Source: a plasmid. From it: DNA of 64,000 nt. Shown here piece by piece: positions 21,905 to 33,010 of this stretch. The notes beneath the pieces were generated by a model. It worked only from the letters and a program-made list of their open reading frames with translations, had not been told where the DNA came from and did not search any database. Where the stretch lies: sequence record NZ_CP041325.1. One strand, 5' to 3'. Position 1 is the first letter of the stretch; each line of letters begins with the position of its first letter. The translations under genes were made by a program, and so were the position numbers.

Positions 21905-22975
21905 ATGTTGCAGATGGTGATTCGCACGATTGCTAATAAGGTCGGAACGATTGAAGTAAATGGCAATTCATTTTATTTTCTTCAGCCACTCTCTACCTTC
22001 AACACGGATCAAATGGAACGGATCCAACAGGCTTATGAACGGCGGATGGCTTCCTTAAAAGAAGAAACGCATTATTTAGTCGCAAAAAGCCTGACATTCC
22101 AGTCAGGGCAGGTTCAATTCGAATATGATTTGAGCGGATTAAAGGCTTATGATTACTTGAAGTCCCTTTATTTCGAAGATAAGCTACCTTACTACTTGTC
22201 ATTGGTACGTATTGCGCAAAATATGGAGGTCAACGTCCTTTGGCAAAAGGAAAACTTTGTGGTGGATGTGGAAGAGCAAGTACTTAAAGCGGCAGTTCTG
22301 GAAAACGAAGAGTTGAAACTGTATGACTCAAAAGACCGGGTAACTGCTGTCAAAGAATTGATTATCGTGTCGCTGACCAGTTTGAATCAAGTATTGGGGC
22401 GGCCGAAAAGAAGCGATTTTTTCGAACAGGATGAAGAAGTGATCCGTTTTGCTGAAATGGTCTATCTCCGTCTATCTACATTAGAGGAATTAGAATCTTT
22501 TATTTCTCAGGTCCACGTTGAAATTCAGGAACGGAAGCGGTTAGAAGAAGAGGAACGTGAAAAACTTATAGCCAATAATAAACACTTTGCTTTTACAAGT
22601 CTAAAACTTAACAAGAAACTTAATTCTCCAGGTAAAGATAAGGAGCATCTTCCTTACTTACAAGGCAAGCAAAAGAATAAGGGAAATAAAGCAGCTACTT
22701 CTAAGGAGAGCAATATCCGCTTCCTAGCGGGCGTTGGGGGTATATTGATTGTCGCAGTTCTCTTGAATGTCCTCTTAACCAATGCAAATGAAAATGCAGA
22801 AGCTAAAGATGCTGGGAAAGAAGAAGTGAAACAGGAGATAAACCTTGAAGAGACATACCGTCAAGGCCTGCTAGGAGATGAAACAACGGTCATTAAAACC
22901 CTGGAAACCGTAGGGTATGATTCTTTAAAAAAAGAAGAAAAAAGAAGTCTTAGAGGTATTGTATGTGAGAAATAG
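21905..22975 (+). CDS. EssB/YukC-like (type VII secretion pseudokinase-like) membrane protein
   Basis: 'LKSLYFEDKLPYYLSLVRIAQN' and 'ENFVVDVEEQ' resemble YukC motifs. Single TM 'FLAGVGGILIVAVLLNVLL'. Confidence 0.45.
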   Translation: MLQMVIRTIANKVGTIEVNGNSFYFLQPLSTFNTDQMERIQQAYERRMASLKEETHYLVAKSLTFQSGQVQFEYDLSGLKAYDYLKSLYFEDKLPYYLSLVRIAQNMEVNVLWQKENFVVDVEEQVLKAAVLENEELKLYDSKDRVTAVKELIIVSLTSLNQVLGRPKRSDFFEQDEEVIRFAEMVYLRLSTLEELESFISQVHVEIQERKRLEEEEREKLIANNKHFAFTSLKLNKKLNSPGKDKEHLPYLQGKQKNKGNKAATSKESNIRFLAGVGGILIVAVLLNVLLTNANENAEAKDAGKEEVKQEINLEETYRQGLLGDETTVIKTLETVGYDSLKKEEKRSLRGIVCEK

Positions 22976-23465
22976 GGAATACAATAAAGCGCTGGAAAAA
23001 AATCCGGAGCTGGCGGGTGAAATTGCTGCTAAACTGGTTAAGAGCAAGGACATCAAACAACTGGAGGAAGTTCGTGCTTCTTTACCTGAACCCAACCCTA
23101 TTGTGGATTTTGACTTGGCAGCAGCGACACACGATTGGCAAACCGTCATTGATTTACGGAACCAGATTGAATTAACGGGTGCTCACATGACTACCGTTGT
23201 GACAGCTTTTATCCGGACCGGTGATTTGAAGACAGCTAAAGGATTTGTGGAAGAGAAAGCTGCCGGCGATAAAAAGTTACTAAACCGGGTACTTGAAGCT
23301 GAGAAAAAGCAAAATGAACTCGCTGCGTTGAAAGTGGAAAAAGCAGAGAAACAAAAAGTGATTGATAAAGATACCGATAAGAAGAAGATAAAAGCGGCTC
23401 AAGATCGGATTAAAGCGATTGATAAGCAGATGAAGGCATTAACGGAAGAAATGAAAAACGGCTAA
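22959..23465 (+). CDS. Hypothetical coiled-coil protein, possibly the C-terminal continuation of the EssB-like gene
   Basis: Overlaps the preceding ORF by 17 nt in another frame. Confidence 0.35.
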   Translation: MYVRNREYNKALEKNPELAGEIAAKLVKSKDIKQLEEVRASLPEPNPIVDFDLAAATHDWQTVIDLRNQIELTGAHMTTVVTAFIRTGDLKTAKGFVEEKAAGDKKLLNRVLEAEKKQNELAALKVEKAEKQKVIDKDTDKKKIKAAQDRIKAIDKQMKALTEEMKNG

Positions 23466-23478
23466 GGGGGGCTGGAAT

Positions 23479-23730
23479 GTGCATACCAAGAGAATCAACA
23501 GTTTAGGGCGTATCGTCATTCCAAAAGAAATTCTGGAAGTTTTTCAATTAAGTGAAGGGGATTCTGTAGATATCATGCATAACGAGACTCAAATCATTAT
23601 TGAGCCCCACAAAAAGCGGTATCTATGCGCAGTAACGGGTAAGATTGCAAGTGAAGCTATCCAAATCGGAGAAGCGTGGATTAGTAAAGAAGGCATGAAA
23701 AAAATTGTAGAGTATATGAGCATGGAATGA
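23479..23730 (+). CDS. AbrB/MazE/SpoVT-family DNA-binding protein
   Basis: 'INSLGRIVIPKEILEVFQLSEGDSVDI' swapped-hairpin motif. Confidence 0.75.
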   Translation: MHTKRINSLGRIVIPKEILEVFQLSEGDSVDIMHNETQIIIEPHKKRYLCAVTGKIASEAIQIGEAWISKEGMKKIVEYMSME

Positions 23731-23770
23731 AAAGACAGTCGGGTTTCAATTAACCTGACTGTCTTTTATA
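23731..23770 (+). terminator. Rho-independent terminator
   Basis: AAGACAGTC-N17-GACTGTCTT followed by TTATATTT. Confidence 0.7.
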
Positions 23771-23896
23771 TTTGTCCAATTACTCCAAGAAAGCGTTTCT
23801 CTTTTCATTGTCCTTCTTTATTTTTACTTTAATTGACTCTTTATCAATCGAATCACAATTTCTGCATCACTCGGGTATTTCAACGGCAGCTCCTTT

Positions 23897-23989
23897 TTAA
23901 TTAGTCTCTTCAACGTTTAATTCACTATCAAATGCAACCTTGCATTTGATGGTGAGCACACAGCAAAAGTAAAATATGCATAACTGCAT
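23897..23989 (-). CDS. Candidate 30-aa signalling or pro-peptide ORF (MQLCIFYFCCVLTIKCKVAFDSELNVEETN)
   Basis: AAAGGAGG RBS immediately 3' of the RNPP regulator stop on the same strand. Hydrophobic N-terminus, charged C-terminus. Below the ORF-track size cut-off. Confidence 0.35.
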   Translation of the reverse strand: MQLCIFYFCCVLTIKCKVAFDSELNVEETN

Positions 23990-24055
23990 ATTCCTCCTTT
24001 ATTTATTCTGATAGTTTAATAGCTATAAGTTATTGCTAATGGAGAAACCAATAAA

Positions 24056-24943
24056 TTAATTTGTTGTACTTCCTAAGAGGTAATGCGACTTGTTCTCTAG
24101 CAAAATATTTGTGTATACCTCTAAATCAAGCATCTCAAAAAAGAATTGTGCTTTCTGATAAGAAGCTGAAATTTCTGCGGCGGAAAAGTCCAGTTTTTCT
24201 AATAAAGCGCCTTTTTGGTAGTAGAATTGGCCGAGCAAAGACATATTTGCACCTTCGACTGAAAGGCGGATGCCTTGGTCGGTGTAATGAAGGGAGGACG
24301 TATAGTCTTTCTTCAAATAAAGCAATTTTCCAAAGTTATAAATCACTTTTATTTTAAGATTGTTTGCTTCGGTAGTATCCAGCTTTTCGTTTAATATACT
24401 TTGATAAAGTTCACCACTTTCCTTAAAGTGGTTGTTTTCGGCGTAAAGGTTCGCAATCGTATTTTTGATATGGAGATCCAGCAGATTATCCGTACCCAGC
24501 ATTTTCTTTCGTATTAACAGGAGAAGTTCGGTTCTGCAATTATTGGCATCAAGACGGCCTAAATAATAAGCAGCTGTGTAGTTATGCCATAGAAGAAATT
24601 TCTTTGTTTCGGGATGTTGAGCAATCTCTTGAAGCAGCAACTCTTCTGTGTAATGAAAAAGTTCTTTATGATTTTTGCTGGAGGACAGCGCCCATACTTT
24701 ATTCTTAATGGCTTTGATTTCTTCGGCTTGTTCATGAGCCAGGATTTCAAAGAAATAATTGATGGGAATCTGAAGCTGATTGGCAATTAAATAAAGGAGA
24801 TCCAAACTCGGAAAAAATTCACCTGCTTCAATTCGGCTAATTTCGGATTGGCTGCACATGCCTTCAGCTAGTTGATGTTGCGTGAGCTTTTTTGCTTTGC
24901 GAAGCTTTTTTATTTCCAGTCCCAGCTTTTGTTTATCGAGCAT
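24056..24943 (-). CDS. RNPP-family (Rgg/PlcR/NprR-like) quorum-sensing transcriptional regulator, HTH-XRE plus TPR-like
   Basis: N-terminal 'LGLEIKKLRKAKKLTQHQLAEGMCSQSEISRIEAGE' HTH. ~230-aa helical repeat C-terminus. Confidence 0.75.
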   Translation of the reverse strand: MLDKQKLGLEIKKLRKAKKLTQHQLAEGMCSQSEISRIEAGEFFPSLDLLYLIANQLQIPINYFFEILAHEQAEEIKAIKNKVWALSSSKNHKELFHYTEELLLQEIAQHPETKKFLLWHNYTAAYYLGRLDANNCRTELLLLIRKKMLGTDNLLDLHIKNTIANLYAENNHFKESGELYQSILNEKLDTTEANNLKIKVIYNFGKLLYLKKDYTSSLHYTDQGIRLSVEGANMSLLGQFYYQKGALLEKLDFSAAEISASYQKAQFFFEMLDLEVYTNILLENKSHYLLGSTTN

Positions 24944-25140
24944 ATAAACACCTTCAAATTCTATAAATTCTCTTATAATCTTATAAATAGGGTGGATAAA
25001 ATTTACTTTTATGTATTAAGTAAATCAAATATAACAGGTTTGATAAAGGTCCAGGCTATCAAAATTGCTTCAGCAGGATTTTCTTCGGTTTGCTGCCTAG
25101 TTAAATTTGAATGACTGAAAAGTTTAAGGGATGAGGTTGG

Positions 25141-27202
25141 ATGGTGCTATACAATAATTTATTTCTATTTTATTTAAAACAAGTGATTAAAAATCCCTTA
25201 TATATCGGAACGTTGCTTTTTATGGTATTCATGTTGCTCGTACGTATTCTTATTCGAGTCAATGAACCGTTTGATTATTGGAATTACGGGAGTCTGGTAG
25301 GCGAGATGATGATCGTTATACAAGCAGCCATGTTATTGATAATTGTCTACTTCTATAAATTATTTTCAGATGAATTCCGATTTGGAGCCGCTAAACTCTT
25401 TCCGGGATTTTTCAAAGTTACTTTGCTAAAGATATCTACTTTATTGACTGTTCATTCTTTCGTATTGGCCTTTTTTGTCGGCAGCCAAATTCTTCTAGTG
25501 ACGACTTACTTTCATTTATCCGATATCCCTTTTTCAAGTTTCTATAACCAAACCGCGATATACATAATTGTCTATTGGTATTTGCCTTTAGTGCTTGCTT
25601 TTACAATTGGTATTCTTGCAGCGCTTCTGTTTGGAAAAAATAAGATGGCGCTAGTTTTCATGATTCTGTTGTGGATTGCAGTTGGACCGATGAATACGAC
25701 GTTTTTCTCTCAATTATTTCAGCAATATTCATTCACTGATATAGAGAGTCTCTTTTATATCGGGCCATTAAGCAACGAAACACCTTTTAATGATTTAATT
25801 GGATATAACGTGACTCTTTCGGCTTTTTTTCAAGGTTCTTTTCTGGATTTTTTCGCTTCTCGGATTAGTTGTGTTGGTTCTAATGAAAACAGCACGTGCA
25901 GTGCGGGAAAAAGGCATCTTATTGGCCCTGGTTCTCCTCTTGGTAATCTGTAATGGGTTGATTTTCCCTTATATATTCACCGATGGAAAAGCCGCATTCA
26001 ATTTTGCTGACCAAGAGTCGGAGATCCTATTTTATAAAAACGGCCCCAAAAAGATTTCGTTCACACAAACGCAATATGAAGTTAAAGCCTATGACATTCG
26101 TTTGAAAACAGAAGGGCAAATACGCATTGAAACTGAACTCGCCCTTGCTAATATCCAAACGGGAATTTTGGGTTTCGTCTTCTACCATAACTTCGATTTG
26201 GAGAAAATTATAGATGAACAAGGCAAATCTCTTCCCTTTATCCAACAAGGGGATTTCCTGATGGTGCAGCGAGCATCTGAATTGCCGGAAGAGAAGCTCA
26301 CATTTACCTACAAGCTGAACGACTCAACTTTGTTGCCTGTTAGTGAAAAGTATTTGTTTCTGCCTAACTCAGTTAGCTGGCTTCCCACAAAAGCAAATCA
26401 CGCACCTTTCGCTTTTAACCAGATCATCGAAGAAGGGGTAAATATCTCCTCTGTTCAAGGCGAAGAAGCGGTTCAATATGCCTTAACTGTTGAAGGGGAT
26501 CTCCCCATTTATACGAATTTGCCTTCTAGCGGAAAAAACTTCTACAGCGGAGAAGTAGTGGGAGGAGTCACTCTGCTCGCAGGTATGCTGATTGAAAGGG
26601 AAATAGGCGGTAAAACGATTGTATATCCGAACTCTTGGCCAGATCCTTCAAAGGATTGGAAGGCCTATGAAGAAGTTCTGACCAACGTACATGCCGAGCT
26701 TAATGAAATGTTTGGGCTTAAGAAGCCACTACCTGATCAGATTATCTTTTTAAGTTTTAAGAGGGATGCTTATACGAGCTACCAAAGCACAAACCATCTG
26801 CTCTATATCAGCGGTTCCCATTTCAGCCTCAGTTCTCAGCTGAATGAGATTCCAAGTATCTATATAAACGCTTATTTGTGGAACTCTATACAAGGCAATT
26901 TACTAGACCTGGAACAAGTCCTTGTATTCAATGAACTGCTTGCCGGATACCTTCACGGAGAAATAGACATTAACTCGCCGATTTCCTATACAGTCAATGG
27001 AATACCGCTGTATTTGGGATTTGAGAAGAACGATAAGGAAACCCAGGAAATCATTAGTCAGTTCTATAAAGAATTTTATGATTTGGAAAAAGAGGAGCAA
27101 AGAGCCTTTCTTGTTGTATGGTACAAAAAGATGAATCAGTTAACAGAAGGTTGGCCAGAAGCAAAACAGCTCTTGAAGGAGTTTGAGGAGGGCAGAATAT
27201 GA
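25141..27202 (+). CDS. Large membrane protein (8+ TM N-terminal domain plus extracytoplasmic domain), frameshifted
   Basis: ORFs 25141..25953 and 25871..27202 overlap. First gene of the ABC operon, divergent from the RNPP regulator. Confidence 0.5.
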
Positions 27203-28066
27203 TTCGAATTGAGAACCTGAGTAAGCGTATAAAAAAATATCATATCTTGTCTGAAGTGTCGCTGGACATTGAAGGCATATACGGATTGATTGGTCCAAAC
27301 GGGGCAGGAAAGACAACGTTGATGAAAATATTAGCCAGTTTAACTTCGATGAATGCAGGAAACATCCAGATGGACGGGAACAACATGGTGAAAGGGAAGT
27401 ACGTTAAACAAAACATGCTGGTTGGCTATTTGCCGCAGGATTTTATGGTATATCCGAATATCCCTTTAGAAGAAGCATTAGACCATATTGCCATGCTTCA
27501 AGGATTGATGAACAAACACGAACGAAAAATAAAAGTGGGCCAAGTGATTAAAGAAGTAAATCTCCAAGGACACGAGCATAAGAAAATGATTGAATTGTCC
27601 GGCGGTATGAGAAAGCGGGTAGGGATAGCACAGTTATTACTTGGCAATCCCTCCATCTTAATCTTTGACGAACCGACAGCAGGATTGGATATTGAAGAAC
27701 GAATCCGATTTCGTAATCTGCTTCGACATTTAGGGGAAGAGCGAACCATCATCATCTCTTCACATATTGTTGAGGATATTGAATTTTTAAGTACAAAGAT
27801 TGGCGTCTTGAAAAACGGGCGTGTTTTTGTTTGAGGGTTCTCCTGCAGAACTAAAGGCATTGGCCAAAGGCTCCGTTTGGGAGTATCGAATAAGAATGGA
27901 AGAGCTGGATGACATGGTTAGATACAAAAAGGTGGTGCAAGTGACGGAAGAGAATGAAGGCTTTACAGTCCGTGTTTTTTCTCAAGAGAAGGAAGAAGGG
28001 GCTGAGCTTGTCAAAGCTAAGTTAGTTGATGGATATCTTGCTGCAGTTGCTGGTGGATCTGGATGA
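27199..28066 (+). CDS. ABC transporter ATP-binding protein, frameshifted near 27825
   Basis: Walker A 'GPNGAGKTT', signature 'LSGGMRKRV', Walker B 'ILIFDEPT'. Confidence 0.85.
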
Positions 28067-28708
28067 AGGATTTTGCTGAAAGCCTCTACCTTTCTTTTCT
28101 ATTTGATCGAAAAACAATGGGCGTCACCTTTTTTGTTCCCGTTTTTATATTCAGCATTGTCTTACTGCTCATTCTTGTTGTCCCAAAAAATACGGCCGAT
28201 AGCTACAATAATGTAATTTTGATACAGGGTGGGTTTATTCCATTTTCTTGTTGGTGGCTTATGTATCGGCTTAGTGAGATATATGAAGAAGGTGCACAAG
28301 AAACGTTAGCACCTTATTACAGCAAAAGCTTTATGGTGGATTTTTTACGCTATTACGTGTTGAATACTTTAGCCACTTGTTTGTTGAGTGCTGCACTCGT
28401 CATGAGGCATGGAATTGAGGCATTGCCACTGGTCAACTTTATTCATTTCTTTTTACTACTCTTATTTTTTTATGTGGTTAGGCTCATTTCTGATTGTGCT
28501 TATCAAAAATATTGAAATAGCGCTCACAATCGTGCTCATCTTTACGGTTTTGGAAGTGGCTACATTAGGGGAATACATGCCTTGGCCGCATATCTTTTTG
28601 TTTGAATACCCGGTTTGGGACCCTGTCTTAGCTAGTAAGTTTACCGTTTTATCAATTGCTATTCTTATCTTGGTTATCATTACAATAATCTTTTTAAAAA
28701 GAATCTAA
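28063..28708 (+). CDS. ABC-2-type permease, frameshifted
   Basis: Two overlapping hydrophobic ORFs. Confidence 0.5.
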
Positions 28709-28947
28709 TGTAGAACGATTAATGATTCAATCGAATAGACATATACTTTAACTTTTGAATTCATCTAAAGGTACTTAAGGAGTTTTTAACAAGTAGTGTA
28801 TGTTCGTCCATAGATAGATTTTATAGGTTCTAATGATTAGTGAAAAATTGATTCGAGATGAATAAATAACATATTCAAAAAGAGATGGAGAATCGTTAAA
28901 TTCCCCATCTCTTTTTATAAAGATTTTACGTTAGTATTTAAATTCTT

Positions 28948-30531
28948 CTATTGAATATTGACGCTTTCTCTTTCGCTTAATAAACCGCCTGCTGCTTTCG
29001 CTCGAATCTTCGTCGCATTCCCTGGAAGGTAGGAGAGGGGAACCTCTTCTAGATCAACTAGAACCAGTTGTTCTGGATCGGCTCCTGCCTCAATTGCTTG
29101 CTGAAAAGCAAGTTGTTTAGCCAATTCCAATGTTTTCTCGCGTCCGAGCTCATCGGTGTTAAAGATTTTTTCGATTTCTCCGCTTACTTGTGAAATGGCA
29201 GAACCGATGGCATTTGCAACGCCTGAATTTTTCGGTTTAATGACTTCGGATGCACCTTTCAACTGATCAGAGAAGAGAATGCTGCCTCCACCGACAAGGA
29301 TAACCGGCACAGGTTCAGAACTTGTCTTCATCTTATCGATGGTCTCTTCAGCCATTTCCACCATCTTAGCGTAGATTCTTCCGACGAGTTCTTGGTTTAA
29401 ATGTGCGACCAGATCGGGATTTCCAAGTTGGGCTTTTCCTGTTGCCACCGCAATGTCGGTAGTTGTTAATGTATCACCGCCAAAGACGAGTCCTTTTTCA
29501 ATCAGACGGTAGCCGACGCTTTCGGGCCCAATCTGGAACGATTCATCTTCATTGACCGTGATGATCGTTCCGCCCCCAAGTCCGATTGAAGCGATATCCG
29601 GCATACGGAAATTCGTCCGGACACCACCGATTTCAACTGCCAGGGAAGATTGGCGAGGGAAAGACCCGACAAGGACTCCGACATCGGTTGTCGTTCCGCC
29701 GACATCCACGACCAGTGCATCGGGGTGATCCGTCAGGTAAGCCGCTCCACGCAAGCTGTTGGTCGGTCCACAGGCAATCGTCAATATCGGGTATTTCACT
29801 GTGTATTCAACTGACATCAGTGTCCCATCGTTCTGTCCAAAGAATACATCGGCATGGATGCCTTCTTTTTCAAGCGCTTTGACGAAGCCGTCTGCTGTAG
29901 AACGGGCGACGTCTACAATCGCAGCGTTTAAAATCGTTGCATTTTCCCGCTCAAGCAAACCGACACTGCCGATTTCACTGGAAAGAGAAATGACGGTCTC
30001 CTCACCCATAACTTCTTTAATAATGGCAGCGGCACGCAATTCATGGTCGACCGATACTGGTGAAAAGACAGAAGTGATGGCAATTGAGTCAACTTTACCT
30101 TTTAATTCTTCAGCGATACGACGGATTTCCTGTTCATCAAGTGCGGTGATTTCACGGCCATCGAATTCATTTCCTCCACGCACGATATAAATATGCTTCC
30201 CAAGAATCGCTTTCAGGTCGTCCGGAACGCCAACAAGCGGTTTGATGGCCATTGTTGCCGGTGCGCCAATCCGGATTGCAGCGACTTTATTGAGTCGTTT
30301 TCGCTCGACAATTGCATTCGTACAATGAGTTGTGCCAAGCATCGCATAACGAAATTGCTCTGTTGGTACACCGGAAGCTGCCACCACTTTATTTAATGCT
30401 TCGTAAATTCCGGAACTGACATCCTCTGTCGTGGTTGCCTTTACTTCAGAAATCACATTGTATGATTCATCCAGAACGACGGCATCTGTATGTGTTCCGC
30501 CGACATCGATTCCAATACGGTAATTTGCCAT
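28948..30531 (-). CDS. Hydantoinase/oxoprolinase-family protein
   Basis: 'MANYRIGIDVGGTHTDAVV' N-terminus and a second 'VVDVGGTTTD' motif. Confidence 0.8.
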   Translation of the reverse strand: MANYRIGIDVGGTHTDAVVLDESYNVISEVKATTTEDVSSGIYEALNKVVAASGVPTEQFRYAMLGTTHCTNAIVERKRLNKVAAIRIGAPATMAIKPLVGVPDDLKAILGKHIYIVRGGNEFDGREITALDEQEIRRIAEELKGKVDSIAITSVFSPVSVDHELRAAAIIKEVMGEETVISLSSEIGSVGLLERENATILNAAIVDVARSTADGFVKALEKEGIHADVFFGQNDGTLMSVEYTVKYPILTIACGPTNSLRGAAYLTDHPDALVVDVGGTTTDVGVLVGSFPRQSSLAVEIGGVRTNFRMPDIASIGLGGGTIITVNEDESFQIGPESVGYRLIEKGLVFGGDTLTTTDIAVATGKAQLGNPDLVAHLNQELVGRIYAKMVEMAEETIDKMKTSSEPVPVILVGGGSILFSDQLKGASEVIKPKNSGVANAIGSAISQVSGEIEKIFNTDELGREKTLELAKQLAFQQAIEAGADPEQLVLVDLEEVPLSYLPGNATKIRAKAAGGLLSERESVNIQ

Positions 30532-30532
30532 C

Positions 30533-31627
30533 TTAAACTTCCTCCTTTACAAGCACTAATTCTTCAACTGGCTGGTATGGCGCGCTGTATCCAAAATATT
30601 CAGGGCCTGCGACCTCAATGCCTTTTGGTGTGCGCCATTTCGGATCGCACGGCATACCGATAACGAGGCAGCGTGCGCCATAACGAAGGCCTTCGGTCGT
30701 AATCGGCATACCGGTTTCTGCATCAAGCACAGCAATCAAATCTGGCGTTACACATACGACTTGGCCGTCCACTTCCGCGAGCAAGTGCTCGTTTTGGAAA
30801 TGAAGTTTGCAGGTCTTTCCAGTATTTGAACCGATGCCTTCGATTGAAGCGGTTCCTTTTGCAAAACCATCCTGCGTTTTTCGATCGATGTCTGTTACTT
30901 TTCCTTGGAACAGCTGATGGCCGTTCGTCAATTCAAGAATTTCATCAATTGGATGTTTGCTATTCTTTAATGCTGTCCGGATTCTGGCACCGATTTTCTC
31001 TTCAAGCGACAGGATGTGATGGATTGAAGATTTTTTCATTGTCTTTCCATCCATTTGATAGATGGCATTCATGACAGAACCGCCCATCTCGATCGTTGCT
31101 TTCCGCGCAATGCGTTCAGCCCACACACTGTCAATGGTATTGAGCAGTAAGCTATTGCCTTTTTCATCAGATATGACCATCGGAGTAGCAGAAACACCTT
31201 CCAAGTGGAAAGTAACCATCTGAAGTTCCGGGAAAGCCCGTCCCATACCATCTGCATCAATCACCGGAAGCCCAAGTCTTGCAGCTAGCGCGAGTGGCAG
31301 CATTGAGTTCACACCGCCTGCTTCAATTGGCATGGTAGCGTAAATTTTTTTGCCAAGGTACTCCTCAAGCGCTTTAAACGCAGCTACAGCTTCATCACCA
31401 TTTGGAATTTTTTCAACCATGACAGTCGGCGCACCCATCATCGCGGAAGGAACAACCAAGGCATCATCCGGTACTTCCTCAGGATCGAGTAGACGGATGG
31501 GGCCGTATTCTTCGACAGCCTGCAGGGCCATCAATTTCCCGATATACGGATCACCTCCACCCCCAGTACCAAGAAGTGCTGCACCGATTGCGATATTTTC
31601 AATTTCTTCTTTCCCAATTAATCTCAT
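30533..31627 (-). CDS. DUF917-family protein (partner of hydantoinase-like proteins)
   Basis: 'AIGAALLGTGGGGDP' motif. Abutting gene in the same operon. Confidence 0.7.
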   Translation of the reverse strand: MRLIGKEEIENIAIGAALLGTGGGGDPYIGKLMALQAVEEYGPIRLLDPEEVPDDALVVPSAMMGAPTVMVEKIPNGDEAVAAFKALEEYLGKKIYATMPIEAGGVNSMLPLALAARLGLPVIDADGMGRAFPELQMVTFHLEGVSATPMVISDEKGNSLLLNTIDSVWAERIARKATIEMGGSVMNAIYQMDGKTMKKSSIHHILSLEEKIGARIRTALKNSKHPIDEILELTNGHQLFQGKVTDIDRKTQDGFAKGTASIEGIGSNTGKTCKLHFQNEHLLAEVDGQVVCVTPDLIAVLDAETGMPITTEGLRYGARCLVIGMPCDPKWRTPKGIEVAGPEYFGYSAPYQPVEELVLVKEEV

Positions 31628-32968
31628 TGAATGTTCCTCCCTTGTTTAGCTACTAAAGCTGGTTGCTTAGATTCTTGGAATGCTTTGCTGACAATCAGTT
31701 GAAGTCCGAAGGCAATCAGGAACGCGTCAAATCCTGAAGCTCCCGTCAGATTAAAGAGACCAAATCCGGTCGGGGCAGGGGTCGTCATAAAGGCGATCAA
31801 AGCTGATAGAACCCAGATTGACATGCCCAAGACGTTGACGTTTTTTTGCCGGTCCACTTGTTCGAATGTGTAATTTTTTCGATTTAGCAGGTAATCTGCC
31901 ACGTAGATACCGCCAATCGGAGGGATCAGAACACTCAAAAACGATAAGAATGGAATGAAATGTTCATAGATTCCACCGACAGCCATTCCTGTGCCAATGA
32001 TTCCCGCAATAATCGTAAGGATGTATTTGGGTGTCTTCCGGAAAATAACCGAAAACCCGAGAGCTGAAGAATAAAGGTTGTTATCATTGGTCGTCCACTG
32101 CGCCAAGATCAGAATCAGCATAGCTCCTGTACCCCAACCAAGCCCCAACATAATGGAGACAATATCCACTTGAGAAGTCGCTTTTGCAAGTAAGGCAGCG
32201 GTCAGCAGGACAACACTGAAACCGACAAAAAATCCGACGAACGATGAAATGACAGCATCTTTCGGACTTTTTGCATAGCGAGCGATGTCAGGTCCGATAA
32301 TAGCACCAACAGCGAGCGAGCCGATGATCAAAGAAATGGATACACCAATCGACAAAGGCTCAGTAGTCAATGGAGCTGCTGCGACATCCGAAAGCGACTG
32401 TCCGTTCATCACACGGATCAGAGATCCGATAAGCAAAAAGCGCGAGAAGCGGGACAGCGAGCAGACTAAGCTTTTCAATCGCTTTAAAGCCGATAAAGGC
32501 GGTGGTCGTCATGAGAGCTCCGCCGATGATTACCAGTATTTTCCGGTCAACATCTAAGTTGAAAACGTCAAGAAGTATGGAACGCAAGCTGGAACCAAAC
32601 AAATCTACTTGAACCCCGAACCAGCCAAAAAGCGAAATGGCGATAATGGCGGATACCGCATAAGAACCATATTTGCCAAGTGAGAACGTAGAGACAAATG
32701 ACGTCGAAAGACCGGTTTTTGCACCGACGACTGAGCACAGGGCACTGACTACAGAGAGCAGAAAGCAGCCGATTAAAGTAGCGATAATGGTATGTGGCAT
32801 GCTGAGACCAGCACCAAGCGCACCGCCTAAAGCTGTAGCGGAAAGGGCAATAATAGCGCCTATCCAGACGATGGATAACCTGAACCAACCCTTACGTTTA
32901 TCAGCTGGCACCGGCTCCCGTTCGTAATCCTGAATCAATTTTTTTCTCTTGTGTTTTCTCCATCTCAT
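31624..32968 (-). CDS. NCS1-family nucleobase:cation symporter (cytosine/purine/hydantoin permease-like), frameshifted
   Basis: Overlapping ORFs 32360..32968 and 31624..32478, both polytopic. Confidence 0.7.
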
Positions 32969-33010
32969 TTCCCCCTCTACTTTAAAAAATTTCTCCTAAG
33001 CAAGTGATAG

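Noticed and set aside
29586-30396. Plus-strand ORFs 29586..29882, 29759..30190, 30193..30396
   Set aside because: Antisense to the hydantoinase-family gene. S/P/R-rich and typical of shadow frames.
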